Below are positions 50,878 to 61,049 of a stretch of DNA of 64,000 nt, in pieces (the first letter of the stretch is position 1; each line of letters starts with the position of its first letter). Below the pieces are notes generated by a model. That model saw only the letters and a program-made list of their open reading frames with translations. It was not told where the DNA came from and ran no database searches. This stretch comes from a bacterium (GTDB lineage: Bacteria > Fidelibacterota > Fidelibacteria > Fidelibacterales > Fidelibacteraceae). The stretch lies in the NCBI GenBank assembly GCA_963676395.1, contig OY781066.1:1952001-2016000 (forward strand), written 5' to 3'. A program made the translations under genes and the position numbers.

Positions 50878-51312
50878 CTATAGATTTACTCCAAGTCCTA
50901 ATCCACCCCAGAGTTGACTTGGAAGGAGTCCGTTCATTATTGGAGCAACATAAGCATGGATAAAAAATCGTTTTACATTTAATCTAAGTCCTAGACGTAG
51001 CGAGACAATAGAATTAAATTCATTTTCAGAAAAAAGAAAGGTATAGTGAATACCGGTTTCTATCTGGAAGGTATTGCCAAATCTATATTGTAAGCCAAAC
51101 GGTAAAGCATCAGCGTTAGTTGATTTGCCAATTCCAATAGAAGGTCCAAAATGATGTTTCCCGTTGGATATTAGATCAGATTGGTATTCTAATTGTATCC
51201 TTGTAGCAGGGCCACCTAAATCCAAAGTAAACCCATGATAATAAACATTTTCCTCTGCTAAAGAAAATATTGCTAAACAAAGCATCAACGAAATAATAAG
51301 TATTTTTTTCAT
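50878..51312 (-). CDS. Hypothetical small outer-membrane beta-barrel protein
   Basis: Signal peptide MKKILIISLMLCLAIFSLA; amphipathic strands; ends WGGLGLGVNL. Confidence 0.75.
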   Translation of the reverse strand: MKKILIISLMLCLAIFSLAEENVYYHGFTLDLGGPATRIQLEYQSDLISNGKHHFGPSIGIGKSTNADALPFGLQYRFGNTFQIETGIHYTFLFSENEFNSIVSLRLGLRLNVKRFFIHAYVAPIMNGLLPSQLWGGLGLGVNL

Positions 51313-51645
51313 GTTAAAAATCCTATTTTATACTGTTAATGAAACATAATAAAAAATTATAATAGTTGCAATGTATAATGAATTAATAACACCTATTATA
51401 TTAATATTGGGTTTATGGTGCTTTTTCAATATACTCAAAATTTGAGCTGTATAAAAAATTTGCGTAAACACTTTCTTTTAAATAACAAAAAAATTAATCG
51501 TTTTGTCGCATGATAAATTCATATACTCACATCAATAATAATAACACAAAACCCGTATAAACAAAGTCCCAAACGTCTGTTAGAAAAAACCTGGCACCAT
51601 TTGGGCACCACTTTGCCCGAAATTCGCTTAAACACAGGTTATTTT

Positions 51646-51693
51646 AGGGACTTAAAATCTAATGCCGTACCGGTTCAAATCCGGTCTTCGGTA
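51646..51693 (+). other. att site: displaced 3' fragment of tRNA-Leu with a 10-nt deletion
   Basis: agggacttaaaatc-taatgccgtaccggttcaaatccggtcttcggta equals tRNA 50488-50545 minus cctcggcatc, with one mismatch. Confidence 0.9.
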
Positions 51694-51811
51694 TCCTACA
51701 AAACCCCCTTAAATAAGTGGTTTTGTGATTTTAGTGCCTTTCTTCTTGATGATTTCAAATGCATCTCATTTTATCAAAACCACGACAAAAAGAGTCATTC
51801 CTTGTCAAAAT

Positions 51812-52071
51812 TCAATGACAATCCAATGACAAAATATTTTCAATTTGATCCGAGAGACAGCTGTAGTTCTCTTTGACGAGATCCGCGTAATGCTGTTCGG
51901 TCACTTTTGTAGATGAATGACGAAGAAATCTAGACACATGATAGATGCTCACACCCTCTTGTAGCAACCAGGCACCGGCAGATTTTCGCCAGTCATGTGT
52001 GGTACTGTGAAGCTTTGCTTTTTTACAAGCTGTGTCGTATCTGTTGTTGATGTAATCGTAGTTGTAAGGGA
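51812..52071 (-). pseudogene. Tyrosine recombinase/integrase C-terminal remnant
   Basis: HDWRKS (HxxR) and FLRHSSTKVTEQHY (H...Y) catalytic motifs; N-terminal part missing. Confidence 0.88.
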
Positions 52072-52099
52072 GCGAATCAATTTTATCGAACAATAAAAA

Positions 52100-52367
52100 T
52101 CTCAGAGAAAATCAAGAATTGCTTGCTGCAGCAATTGGAAATCTTGAAGGAGTTGGTTCTGGTGGTATGCTAAACTTCTTGAATTTAGCGATTGTTGATA
52201 CTCATATAGATACAGTTGCCAATGGGGTTGCTCAATTATATTTTTTTCATCCAGGATCTTCGGCATCCTCTGGAAGCACTTATGGCTTGTATGTTGCGTA
52301 CAATGTTGATGGAACGACTAGAAAACATGCCATTGAAGAATATTCATGGACAAGTGGCATGACTTAA
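52100..52367 (+). pseudogene. Probable 3' remnant of an unknown gene
   Basis: Open frame NLRENQELLAAAIGN...SWTSGMT abuts the integrase breakpoint and is followed by a terminator at 52404-52429. Confidence 0.35.
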
Positions 52368-52588
52368 AAGATTTGTGTGTTTAGTTCCTTTGATTAGGGG
52401 AGAAGACCGGTGTAATGCCGGTCTCTTTTGTTAAACTGTTTATTGCTTCTTGTTGATATTTAATAATAAAGAATATTTTATATTGTAATAAAGAGAAAGA
52501 AGGTATTAGAAAAGTAAAAACAAAGAGAGAGAAAAACATAGAAAGATAATAGGTGAGAAAGAAAAATACATAAATAAAAAAATACATG

Positions 52589-52617
52589 TTGACAATTACA
52601 TTTAATTGAAATAATAT
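52589..52617 (+). promoter_or_regulatory. Sigma70-type promoter of the C25 peptidase gene
   Basis: TTGACA-17 bp-TAATAT. Confidence 0.6.
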
Positions 52618-52699
52618 TAATTATGAAATAATAATTGTTGTTGCAACTATATATCGAAAAGGGTTCGATGTATTAAACTTTCAGAAAAGGAGAAAACTA

Positions 52700-55600
52700 A
52701 TGAAAAAGACGTTAGTTCTTTTACTGGTTCTCGTATGCTTTTCTTTTGCTGGAATGAGCAAAAGTGTTAGTTTTGAGAATTCCGGAGTTTCTGTCTCGGG
52801 TGCTGCAAAGGCTGAAGATGGAAATAATTATGTTGAAATTGCTTATAAAGATTGTAAACATTTAATTGAAGCTGGAAAGCCTGAATTGCCCGTTATTTAT
52901 AAGCAGTATATTATGTCTGCTGACGAGAAACCAGTAGGAATAACTATTTCCAACAAGAATACTACGATTTTACCTATTTCTTACCCTCTTTTACCGTCAA
53001 ATGGTAAGATTTCAACAAATGGAGATAAAGAGTACAATCATTTTGTAGGCCCAGATCCAATTATCTATTCATCAAAGGAATTGTATCCATTTAGTCCAGT
53101 AGAGATTGTTGATGATGGATACATGGCTGGAAATCATATTGTTAAAATTGCAATTTATCCTATTCAATATGATGTAATTAATAAATCGCTTGTAGTAAAT
53201 AATAATTTTGATTATGTGATTGCTACTGAATCTTCATCAAGTATGCGAAAATTAGCAACATCGCGAAAAGCTAAGATGCAAGACATATATGATAGAGCTC
53301 TAAGAAAACTCGTTGATAATCCAGAAGATATTACTCTTTATGAAGAAAAACCCATGACTAGGTTCGGTAAGGCTGCAGTAGCTAGCACGCTTTCATATTA
53401 TGATTATGTTATTGTTACTGGAGAAGATTATATTTCAAGCTTTGATGAATTTGTTGAATGGAAAACACGAAAAGGTTGGGATATTGGCATAGTAACAATT
53501 GAAGATATATATTCTAATTATACTGGTGATTTGACTTCAGGTATTAATGATAATGCTGGTAAGTTAAGGCAGTACTTATTAGATGCTTATACAAGTGGTA
53601 CAACTTTTGCTCTTTTAGGTGGTGATGAAACCATTTTACCATATAGAGAAGCACATAGAATGGGAAATGATTGGGATGGGACTTATAGGTGGTGTGCGAT
53701 ATTAGCAGACTTGTACTTTTCAGAATTTGATGCAGATTGGGATGCTGATAATGATGGTATTTATGGCGAAATTAGCGACAGTCCAGAGTTTGAAATTTAC
53801 CCTGAGATATACATAGGTAGAGTTTTAGGTTCTAATGATCAGGAGTTTAAGAATTGGATTGAGAAGGTGCTAATTTATGAACAAGATCCAGGTCGAGGAA
53901 ATCCTGACTATCTCCATAAAGCATTTATTGCTCAGGCTGATCAATTGCAATCTGGTCTTTGGGGACAAAGAATTGAGGATTCGCTTGATGTAGCTGGATT
54001 CACAACAACAATCTGGGAAGAGTCACCTTCATACTCCAGTACTACACCGACATCACCCACTGCACCATCAATAATAAGTCACCTAAATGATAACGATTAT
54101 GCCTTTATTAGTATTATGGGACATGGTTCTCCACATCAAATTACTGTACGTTCTCCTGGTGTAAATAATGGATCTTGGTATGATCAAATTACTACTTTTG
54201 AAGATATGGCAGATAATAGTGGTCAAGCAGGTGGTGCGTTTGAGAATTTAGATAATGCTGGTTTTCCAGGAATTCATTATAGTATTAGTTGTTCTAATTG
54301 TGAATTTACTACAGATATGTGTGGTGGAGCACGCAATTTTCCTGAAATGTACATGAACTATGGTAAGAATGGAGGAATTACCTTTTTAGGAAATACAAGA
54401 TATGGATATATTTCAACATCTTTATGGTTAATGGAAGATTTTGCAAATATATTAAATAATGGTGGTACAGAACATATTGGAGTTTTAGAGGGAGATTCTA
54501 AACCATTTTCATCTGATGAATATCTTTGGGCAAGCCACAATAATTTTGGGTGTCCCGAAACAAAAATGTGGACAGACGTTCCCGATGAATTTCAAAGTGT
54601 ATCAATAACTGATAATACATCATATATTTCAGTTAATGCCGGTGAAACAGGTTGTGAGATTACTGTTACTGCAGTAGATCCAGATGATTATACTCTTTCA
54701 GTAGAAAATGCGCAAAGTTATAATTTTGCAACCACTGAAAGGCCTCTGTTTGTAGTAATAACTAAAGACAACAAATTACCATATGTTACTATGGTTGGTC
54801 TCGGGGCTTTGTCTGGAAATGATACCTTGAAAAATGGTTATTCATATACTTTTCCAAATGATTTAGAAGTTTCTTCAACAGGGACATTAACAATTGAAGA
54901 GGGAACAACCCTAAAATTTGCTGCAAACAAAAAACTCAAAGTTTATGGTGAGCTGAACATAAATGGGTCAGAGGACTATCCCGTTGTAATAACAGCAGAT
55001 GATCTAAGTGCGACTCGAGATCATTGGGACGGAATTTATGGATATTCAGGTTCTGAAATTAATATCTCTAATGCTGAAGTTTCCAGATCTGATTATGGTA
55101 TTAATATGACAAGTGGTAAGCTTACAGTAGATAACTGTACTTTTAAAAAGAATGTATATGGTGTTAAAGTAAGCACTTCTACAGGTACAAATAGTCCCAC
55201 AATTACTAATTCAGTATTTGATGATAATACCCAGTATGGAATTTCTTATTACCATAGTAATGGGATAATATCTAACAATACCATCGAAAATGGTAAACGT
55301 GCTATAATTCCTAGGGGCAATATTACAATAAACTCAAATACCTTAAGAAACTTTGTATATGACGCTATTTGGTGTTTGGATTTTGATGGTGATATTCAGT
55401 TCAATGATATTACAGATTGTAGATTTGGTGTATATTTCTCATCATCTTCTTCAGGTGATATGCAAAATTGGTGGGATATGACTAAACCTGGAAGCACTGC
55501 TGAAAATAATGTATTTCATACACCAATGACATCATGTGTTAATATTGGTTCTCTTGCTACTCCTAATTTAGGTACAATGTTTGAGATTGATACAGATGTT

Positions 55601-56593
55601 GAAGCTGGGTGGAATGTATTTTGTGAACCTACTAGCTATGATGTATCTTCTTCTTATTCTGGAACAATAAAAGCTGAAGGTAATTGGTGGGGAAGTACAA
55701 GATCAATTTCAGGAACTGTTGATTATACGATGCCAGCTGGTGAAATTGTTAGTCTTTTTGGTAAAGAAAAATCTTTAACAGAAAATGAAATTAAATTTAA
55801 TCAAGCTTATCGATTAGAAAGACAGGGTCTCTATTCTGATGCCGCAGAAGGTTACTATTCTTTGATTATCGATAATGTATCCGGTGATGATTTAGAATGT
55901 CTTAGAAAATCTATGAACCGTATGAGAGGCTGTTATAGAAAACTCGAGGAATATGATGAGTTTAAAACAGTGTTAAACGAGATTTCAACAAATCATCCTG
56001 AAACTTATTTAGCTGCAAATGCAAAAAGTATGAATGCAGCACAGTTTACATTGAAAAATGATTATTCGAATGCTTTGGGAATGCTAGATGACGCAGTTGA
56101 AGAGTTTGTTGATTTAGGTTTGCGAGAAGCTGCGGCTAATTCTCTTCTTGATAAGTATGAATTGTTAGATTATATATCACAGAGAGAAGGAAGCCTTAAT
56201 AAATCTGCATTATCAGAAAATATATCTAATTGTAAGGATCGTTTGTTAGATGAATTTGCTGGAACTGAGGCGAGTGAATTATTAAAAGAAATCACGGGTG
56301 ATGGTGGATTAGTTCAGAGTGATATACCGGAAGAATTTAAACTTGGTTCTCCGTATCCTAATCCATTTAACCCTGTAATTACGATTCCTTACTCTTTGCC
56401 TAAAGAATCAATGATAAAAATTAACATCTATGATGTTTCGGGTAGAAAAGTAAGAACTTTGGTTAATTCAATGCAAAATGCTGGAGATTATTCAATAAGA
56501 TTTGATGCTTCTAACTTAGCAAGTGGTGTATATTTTATTAAGTTACATAGTTCAAGTTATAATGCAGTAGAAAAGATAATGTTGCTTAAGTAA
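52700..56593 (+). CDS. Gingipain-like C25 cysteine peptidase with propeptide, parallel beta-helix, TPR-like region and T9SS-type C-terminal sorting domain
   Basis: Signal peptide; GKPELP propeptide; FVEWKTRKG, ALLGGD, IYIGR; catalytic MGHG and ISCSN; PYPNPFNP...LASGVYF...KIMLLK. Confidence 0.88.
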   Translation: MKKTLVLLLVLVCFSFAGMSKSVSFENSGVSVSGAAKAEDGNNYVEIAYKDCKHLIEAGKPELPVIYKQYIMSADEKPVGITISNKNTTILPISYPLLPSNGKISTNGDKEYNHFVGPDPIIYSSKELYPFSPVEIVDDGYMAGNHIVKIAIYPIQYDVINKSLVVNNNFDYVIATESSSSMRKLATSRKAKMQDIYDRALRKLVDNPEDITLYEEKPMTRFGKAAVASTLSYYDYVIVTGEDYISSFDEFVEWKTRKGWDIGIVTIEDIYSNYTGDLTSGINDNAGKLRQYLLDAYTSGTTFALLGGDETILPYREAHRMGNDWDGTYRWCAILADLYFSEFDADWDADNDGIYGEISDSPEFEIYPEIYIGRVLGSNDQEFKNWIEKVLIYEQDPGRGNPDYLHKAFIAQADQLQSGLWGQRIEDSLDVAGFTTTIWEESPSYSSTTPTSPTAPSIISHLNDNDYAFISIMGHGSPHQITVRSPGVNNGSWYDQITTFEDMADNSGQAGGAFENLDNAGFPGIHYSISCSNCEFTTDMCGGARNFPEMYMNYGKNGGITFLGNTRYGYISTSLWLMEDFANILNNGGTEHIGVLEGDSKPFSSDEYLWASHNNFGCPETKMWTDVPDEFQSVSITDNTSYISVNAGETGCEITVTAVDPDDYTLSVENAQSYNFATTERPLFVVITKDNKLPYVTMVGLGALSGNDTLKNGYSYTFPNDLEVSSTGTLTIEEGTTLKFAANKKLKVYGELNINGSEDYPVVITADDLSATRDHWDGIYGYSGSEINISNAEVSRSDYGINMTSGKLTVDNCTFKKNVYGVKVSTSTGTNSPTITNSVFDDNTQYGISYYHSNGIISNNTIENGKRAIIPRGNITINSNTLRNFVYDAIWCLDFDGDIQFNDITDCRFGVYFSSSSSGDMQNWWDMTKPGSTAENNVFHTPMTSCVNIGSLATPNLGTMFEIDTDVEAGWNVFCEPTSYDVSSSYSGTIKAEGNWWGSTRSISGTVDYTMPAGEIVSLFGKEKSLTENEIKFNQAYRLERQGLYSDAAEGYYSLIIDNVSGDDLECLRKSMNRMRGCYRKLEEYDEFKTVLNEISTNHPETYLAANAKSMNAAQFTLKNDYSNALGMLDDAVEEFVDLGLREAAANSLLDKYELLDYISQREGSLNKSALSENISNCKDRLLDEFAGTEASELLKEITGDGGLVQSDIPEEFKLGSPYPNPFNPVITIPYSLPKESMIKINIYDVSGRKVRTLVNSMQNAGDYSIRFDASNLASGVYFIKLHSSSYNAVEKIMLLK

Positions 56594-56612
56594 ATAAAAT
56601 AAAGGATTTAAT

Positions 56613-57199
56613 ATGAAGATGATGAAGAGTGTAATATGGATAATACTTTTTGCAATGATTAACGCTGCTTCATTGTATTCTATTGACACCTTGAATACCA
56701 TAGCACATTTTACTAATACTCCCCCAACAACAACCGGCTCAATAATGAAGCCGGTTGTTTTGGGGGATATAAATGCTGATGGATTTGATGACTGGGCTTT
56801 TAATTATCGTGATAGAATTGTCTATTTGTCGGAAGATCCGATATTTGTTTTTTTGGGTTCTGATACAATTGATTTTACTGAGGAGTACAAAATTCAAGCA
56901 AGAGAAATTGGTAACGTAGGTGATGTCAATGGTGATAATTATGATGATTTGGCCTATATAAGAATAAAGCATTGTGCGGGTACACAATCACTGTTAACAA
57001 ATCCAGTTATATATTTGCTATATGGTGGATTAGATTTTGATCTTGTCCCTGATGATAGTTGTCTGATACCTAATGTAGAATATCTTGATTAGGTAAGATT
57101 TGAGGAGTTTAAGAAAATTGGAGATATAAATGGAGATGGGTATGATGATATTGTTTATGGTCCAAATTGTTTTGAGGGAGCCTTTATACCAGGAGGATC
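56613..57199 (+). pseudogene. FG-GAP/VCBS-repeat secreted protein, inactivated
   Basis: GDINADGFDD and GDVNGDNYDD repeats; in-frame TAG at 57090 followed by a further GDINGDGYDD repeat; cut by the IS at 57200. Confidence 0.8.
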
Positions 57200-58671
57200 T
57201 GTACGTCTTCAAAGTTAATTGGACAAGTTTCATGATAAGTTAAGAGATACATTTCAGTTTACCAAGTTTAATATCTGAGCATTGTTTTGAGGGCTCAGAT
57301 TTTGTTTTCTACGCAATTTTATTGTTTCGATCTTGATCCTTTCACGTCTGCTAAGCACTTCATGATGACGGCCGTAAAATACATCGGCCGGTGTAACGTT
57401 ATTAATCGATTCATGGTACCGTTCATTGTTGTAATGATCCACAAACTGTTTTAGTTCATTCTCCAGCTCCCAAGGGAAGTAATAAGTGTCCAATTTCACG
57501 ACATTTTTCATGGTCCTGTGATAGCGCTCTATCTTACCCTGAGTCATAGGATGATACGGCGCTCCTCGAGTATGATCCATCTGCTTCTGATCCAAATACT
57601 CTTTCAATCGGATAGCAGTCTGGGTTTATGTTTGACCTTAACCTTATCTACACCGGTTTTCGCGATTGCCAGATCCAGGGTGTCTTTGACGTCTTCGGCC
57701 GTCATGCTATTGGTCAGTTTCCAGCTGATGATATAGCGGGAGTAATCATCAAGCACTGAAGATAGATAATACCAGCCCCAGCCTACGATTCTGAAGTAAG
57801 TGAAGTTAGTAGCTCGTTGACTCGCTTTGTAGGGTTCTTAAACTTATCTCCTGCAGACATTAAAATAAAAGCCGGAGATGTGATCAGATCATAGGATTTA
57901 AGTATTCTGTATACTGAGGATTCAGAAATAAAGTACTCGTATTTATCTGTAATATGACAGGCCAGTTCACGTGGAGATTTATCCGGTTCTTCCAGCGCGA
58001 TATTAACCACTTGCTCTTTGACGAAGTTGGGGATCCTGTTCCAGAATCGTAGAGTTTGAAGGCTTGGTTGCAAGTCCGTCATAGCCGTCTTCAAGATACC
58101 GCCGATACCAATTGTAGAAGGTACTGCGATTGATACCCAGTTCACTGAGTGTGCGTTTTTCCGATATGTCAGAGTTTTCTACCAGTTTGATTATCTCCAT
58201 CTTTTCTGATTGGGAGTGTCTCATATATTTATCGATCTTTATTCCGCGCCATTCAAACTTTTTTTTAATCTCCGGTGAGTCAACATCAGTTCGGCTACCA
58301 GTTCTTTTAGTTGTTCGTTCTCCTGGCGCATTTCATTTACTTCCACACTATTTGCTTCACGTATAGTATCGCCTTGAAGGCGTTTCTTACCGGCTTCTAA
58401 AAAGTCTTTGCTCCATTTGTAGTATTGATTGGGATGAATGCCTTCTCGGCGGCATATTGCCGCTATGCTGTCTTCGCCTCTTAAACACTCTAAGACGATC
58501 CGTATTTTGTTTTCGAGGGAAATCTTCTGCGGGTTGCTCTTTTGATGTCTTTGATCACTTTTTCTGCACTGTCTGATGGTTTCATTTAGACTCCTTTGCT
58601 ACTATCTTAAGTTACAAAAGTGTCTCTTAAATTCTTACCTCAAACTGTCCACTTTAGGCTGACGTTAAACA
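57200..58671 (-). mobile_element. Degenerate IS3-family (IS3/IS481-like) insertion sequence
   Basis: TGT...ACA ends with imperfect IRs (tggaca.., ttaagag.cac); orfA remnant from 58585 (AAICRREGIHPNQYYKW); orfB remnant from 58224 in several frames (LDDYSRYI, GAPYHPMTQGKIERYH); frameshifts and deletions. Confidence 0.88.
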
Positions 58672-58918
58672 CATCTGAAGTAGCTGTTTCAAATATAATT
58701 GTATTGTCACCTACTCCAAGAGGTATTTCTTTAACAACTCTACCACCAGAATAAAGAATATATGGAGAATTATCATTTCTGATCAAAATATGCATATCCC
58801 CGTTGTTTGCGGGGAAGATTTCTCCATAGCTTCCACTTTTTATAAGAATAGAGGCAAAACTTTGGGTAAATAAGAGTAAAACAATAATTGAGAAAATTAC
58901 AATATTTCGTTTATTCAT
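58672..58918 (-). pseudogene. 5' part of an exported protein truncated by the IS
   Basis: Signal peptide MNKRNIVIFSIIVLLLFTQSFA; frame runs into the IS end at 58671. Confidence 0.6.
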
Positions 58919-59075
58919 AAGAGCTTCATTAATTTTAATACCAAAACATACAAAATCCCATCAACTTATAAAAGGAATATTTTCATATGTAGGAAAGTGG
59001 ATAGAATTGGCTTGGTAATGTTAGATATTCTATTTATATTACTACAAAATAAAAATATTTGATAGGGGAAGTGAA

Positions 59076-59915
59076 ATGAAAAAGTTGATACTAATTCTAT
59101 TTGTGACTGTTATGATCATATCTTGTAATCTTTTTAATCCTCCCATTAATAACGATCCCCCGGTTAATATGTTGATAGATAATGATAGCATTCCGGAATG
59201 GTACCCAAGCAGATTGACGGTATCTTCGGAGCGTCTGGGGGAATACCAAAATGTATTGACGGATTTTGGAGTAACATATGATCTGGATTTAACTCGTGTC
59301 GAGAATAATAGCCTGTGTGCTCGCCTAGAGGAAACCTATATAGAACCAAAAATAAAAGTTTGTACATTTACTGATCCTGAAAAATATAATTCGGAATTTA
59401 AGGAAGGGATTCTTTCCTTTATTGATGAATGGCAAAAAATTGTTTCTTCAGATACATTTTGCGTAGATACTTTTAGATTAATAACATATGGATTTGGTGA
59501 TTTCTATATTAAAGATCATTATGAGTGCCCTGTATACGGTAGAAATTCGTGGCTTGGATCTTTTCGAGCATTTGTCGATAGTGCAGGCTATCTATATAGA
59601 TTAGAATCCGATATTGTCCCACAACTGAAAGTTCCTCAAAATCCAATGTTTGATGCAGATAGTGCCAGAAGGATGATTGTTGGATATCTCTGGTACTATC
59701 ATGATTGTAGTGGTGACCGTGTTGACTGTGTCGTTGATTCATCTGAGATCAGTTCGGTAGAACTTAATGTTTACATTGATAGGTTTCCTCGGGATAGAGA
59801 TGACATTATTTACAGACTTATTTGGTGTGTTTCAACAAGTGGATTGCCCGTTGATTTTCTTATTGATGCAATGACGGGAGAAATCCTTACTTACATACAT
59901 AAATTCCGGACATAG
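59076..59915 (+). CDS. Hypothetical lipoprotein with PepSY-like C-terminus
   Basis: Lipobox IISC; C-terminal YRLIWCV...FLIDAMTGEIL. Confidence 0.75.
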   Translation: MKKLILILFVTVMIISCNLFNPPINNDPPVNMLIDNDSIPEWYPSRLTVSSERLGEYQNVLTDFGVTYDLDLTRVENNSLCARLEETYIEPKIKVCTFTDPEKYNSEFKEGILSFIDEWQKIVSSDTFCVDTFRLITYGFGDFYIKDHYECPVYGRNSWLGSFRAFVDSAGYLYRLESDIVPQLKVPQNPMFDADSARRMIVGYLWYYHDCSGDRVDCVVDSSEISSVELNVYIDRFPRDRDDIIYRLIWCVSTSGLPVDFLIDAMTGEILTYIHKFRT

Positions 59916-60004
59916 CGATAATACATTACGAAGCTTTCCAAATCAGTTTAGATAAATATCAACCCCTAAACCCTTATAAACACACACTTTGCCACATCCA
60001 AAAT

Positions 60005-60120
60005 AAAACCTGGCACCATTTGGGCACCACTTTGCCCGAAATTCGCTTAAACACAGGTTATTTTAGGTCCTTAAAATCCCTCGTCCGCTAGCTGGCGGAC
60101 GAACTGGTTCAAGTCCGGTC
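60005..60120 (+). other. att site copy 2: arm-like repeats plus tRNA-Leu 3' fragment with a different variable arm
   Basis: 60005-60067 is identical to 51586-51648; then cttaaaatccctcg-tccgctagctggcggac-gaactggttcaagtccggtc. Confidence 0.85.
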
Positions 60121-60150
60121 AAAAAAAAAGCTCATTAATGGAGCTTTTTT
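60121..60150. terminator. Bidirectional terminator
   Basis: aaaaaaaaagctc-attaatg-gagctttttt. Confidence 0.7.
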
Positions 60151-60222
60151 GCATATATAAAAATTAAAGTAAAAAGATTAAAGTAGGATTGTTTCTAATT
60201 GTTGAAGCAGTAGAAAATATTA

Positions 60223-60879
60223 TCAATTTATAACAATCCCAATGCCTACATGTATATTTGAATTGCTAAATTGATGATTTGACAATCCCGCTATGGGAGC
60301 AAACAGTACATATTTTACATATGCGTATAGAAATCTATATCTTATACTTACTTCAGGAGTTAGCATAAATGTTTCACCATATCCATCCTCAGCTCCAATG
60401 CCAATTCTTTTGAATAATAAGTGCTCAGCAGAAAGTTGTGGTATCATTTCAAAATGATTAAATATCTGGAAATTCCTTTTTAAGGCTAAGCCATAGACAA
60501 TCCCATTTTCTACTTTAGAAAATGAATCAGTATGATAATCATCATAGTAGTATTGTGTGGTAATCCAAATATCCATAGGAAAATTCCATTTATTATGATC
60601 TAAAAGAGAGAAAGATATGTTTCCATTATAACGAGAATACCATGATTCCTCTACAAATTCTATTGTCCATAAATCATCATGTGAATATTGATATCCCGCT
60701 CCGATCTGCAGTCCAAAATTAAAAGTATATGCACCTTCAAACTCATAGGATCTAATGTTATAATATGAATTGGCTCTACCTACATGAAAATTGAAGGTAT
60801 TCTTCCCCTTTTCACCAAGAATAGTCATAGCAGATAAAAAACTAAATGAAATCAACAGTGGCAGTATAAATTTTCTCAT
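60223..60879 (-). CDS. Hypothetical outer-membrane beta-barrel protein
   Basis: Signal peptide MRKFILPLLISFSFLSA (start 60879 preferred over 60930); aromatic amphipathic strands; ends IHVGIGIVIN. Confidence 0.72.
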   Translation of the reverse strand: MRKFILPLLISFSFLSAMTILGEKGKNTFNFHVGRANSYYNIRSYEFEGAYTFNFGLQIGAGYQYSHDDLWTIEFVEESWYSRYNGNISFSLLDHNKWNFPMDIWITTQYYYDDYHTDSFSKVENGIVYGLALKRNFQIFNHFEMIPQLSAEHLLFKRIGIGAEDGYGETFMLTPEVSIRYRFLYAYVKYVLFAPIAGLSNHQFSNSNIHVGIGIVIN

Positions 60880-61049
60880 GGACAAATCCTTAATATTTAC
60901 TATAATATTTAATACAGTAAAAAGTTCCATAAATATATGAAATAGTTTGATAAAAGGAACATCATGTTTTTGATATCATTACGTATTAGTTAATGAATAA
61001 ATAATCAATATATTTTGCAATATTGGTATGGTAAATAATCAATGCACAC

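Larger units (their letters stand above)
51557..52071. repeat. 515-bp direct repeat copy 1 (arm-like repeats, tRNA-Leu 3' fragment, hairpin, integrase 3' end)
   Basis: Colinear with 61050..61564. Confidence 0.93.

Noticed and set aside
51646..51693. Additional tRNA-Leu genes at 51646, 60065 and 61139
   Set aside because: No 5' half (acceptor and D arm); they are att fragments.
51601..51876. Similar ORFs at 51601..51876 and 61028..61282
   Set aside because: They read through the att/tRNA fragment repeat; the similarity reflects the DNA repeat, and their starts and stops differ.
52381..52587. 68-aa Phe-rich ORF
   Set aside because: Arises from a low-complexity purine-rich tract upstream of the C25 promoter.
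57090..57092. In-frame TAG as pyrrolysine or recoded stop
   Set aside because: TAG ends many normal genes in this window, and the gene is also cut by an IS; a nonsense mutation is simpler.
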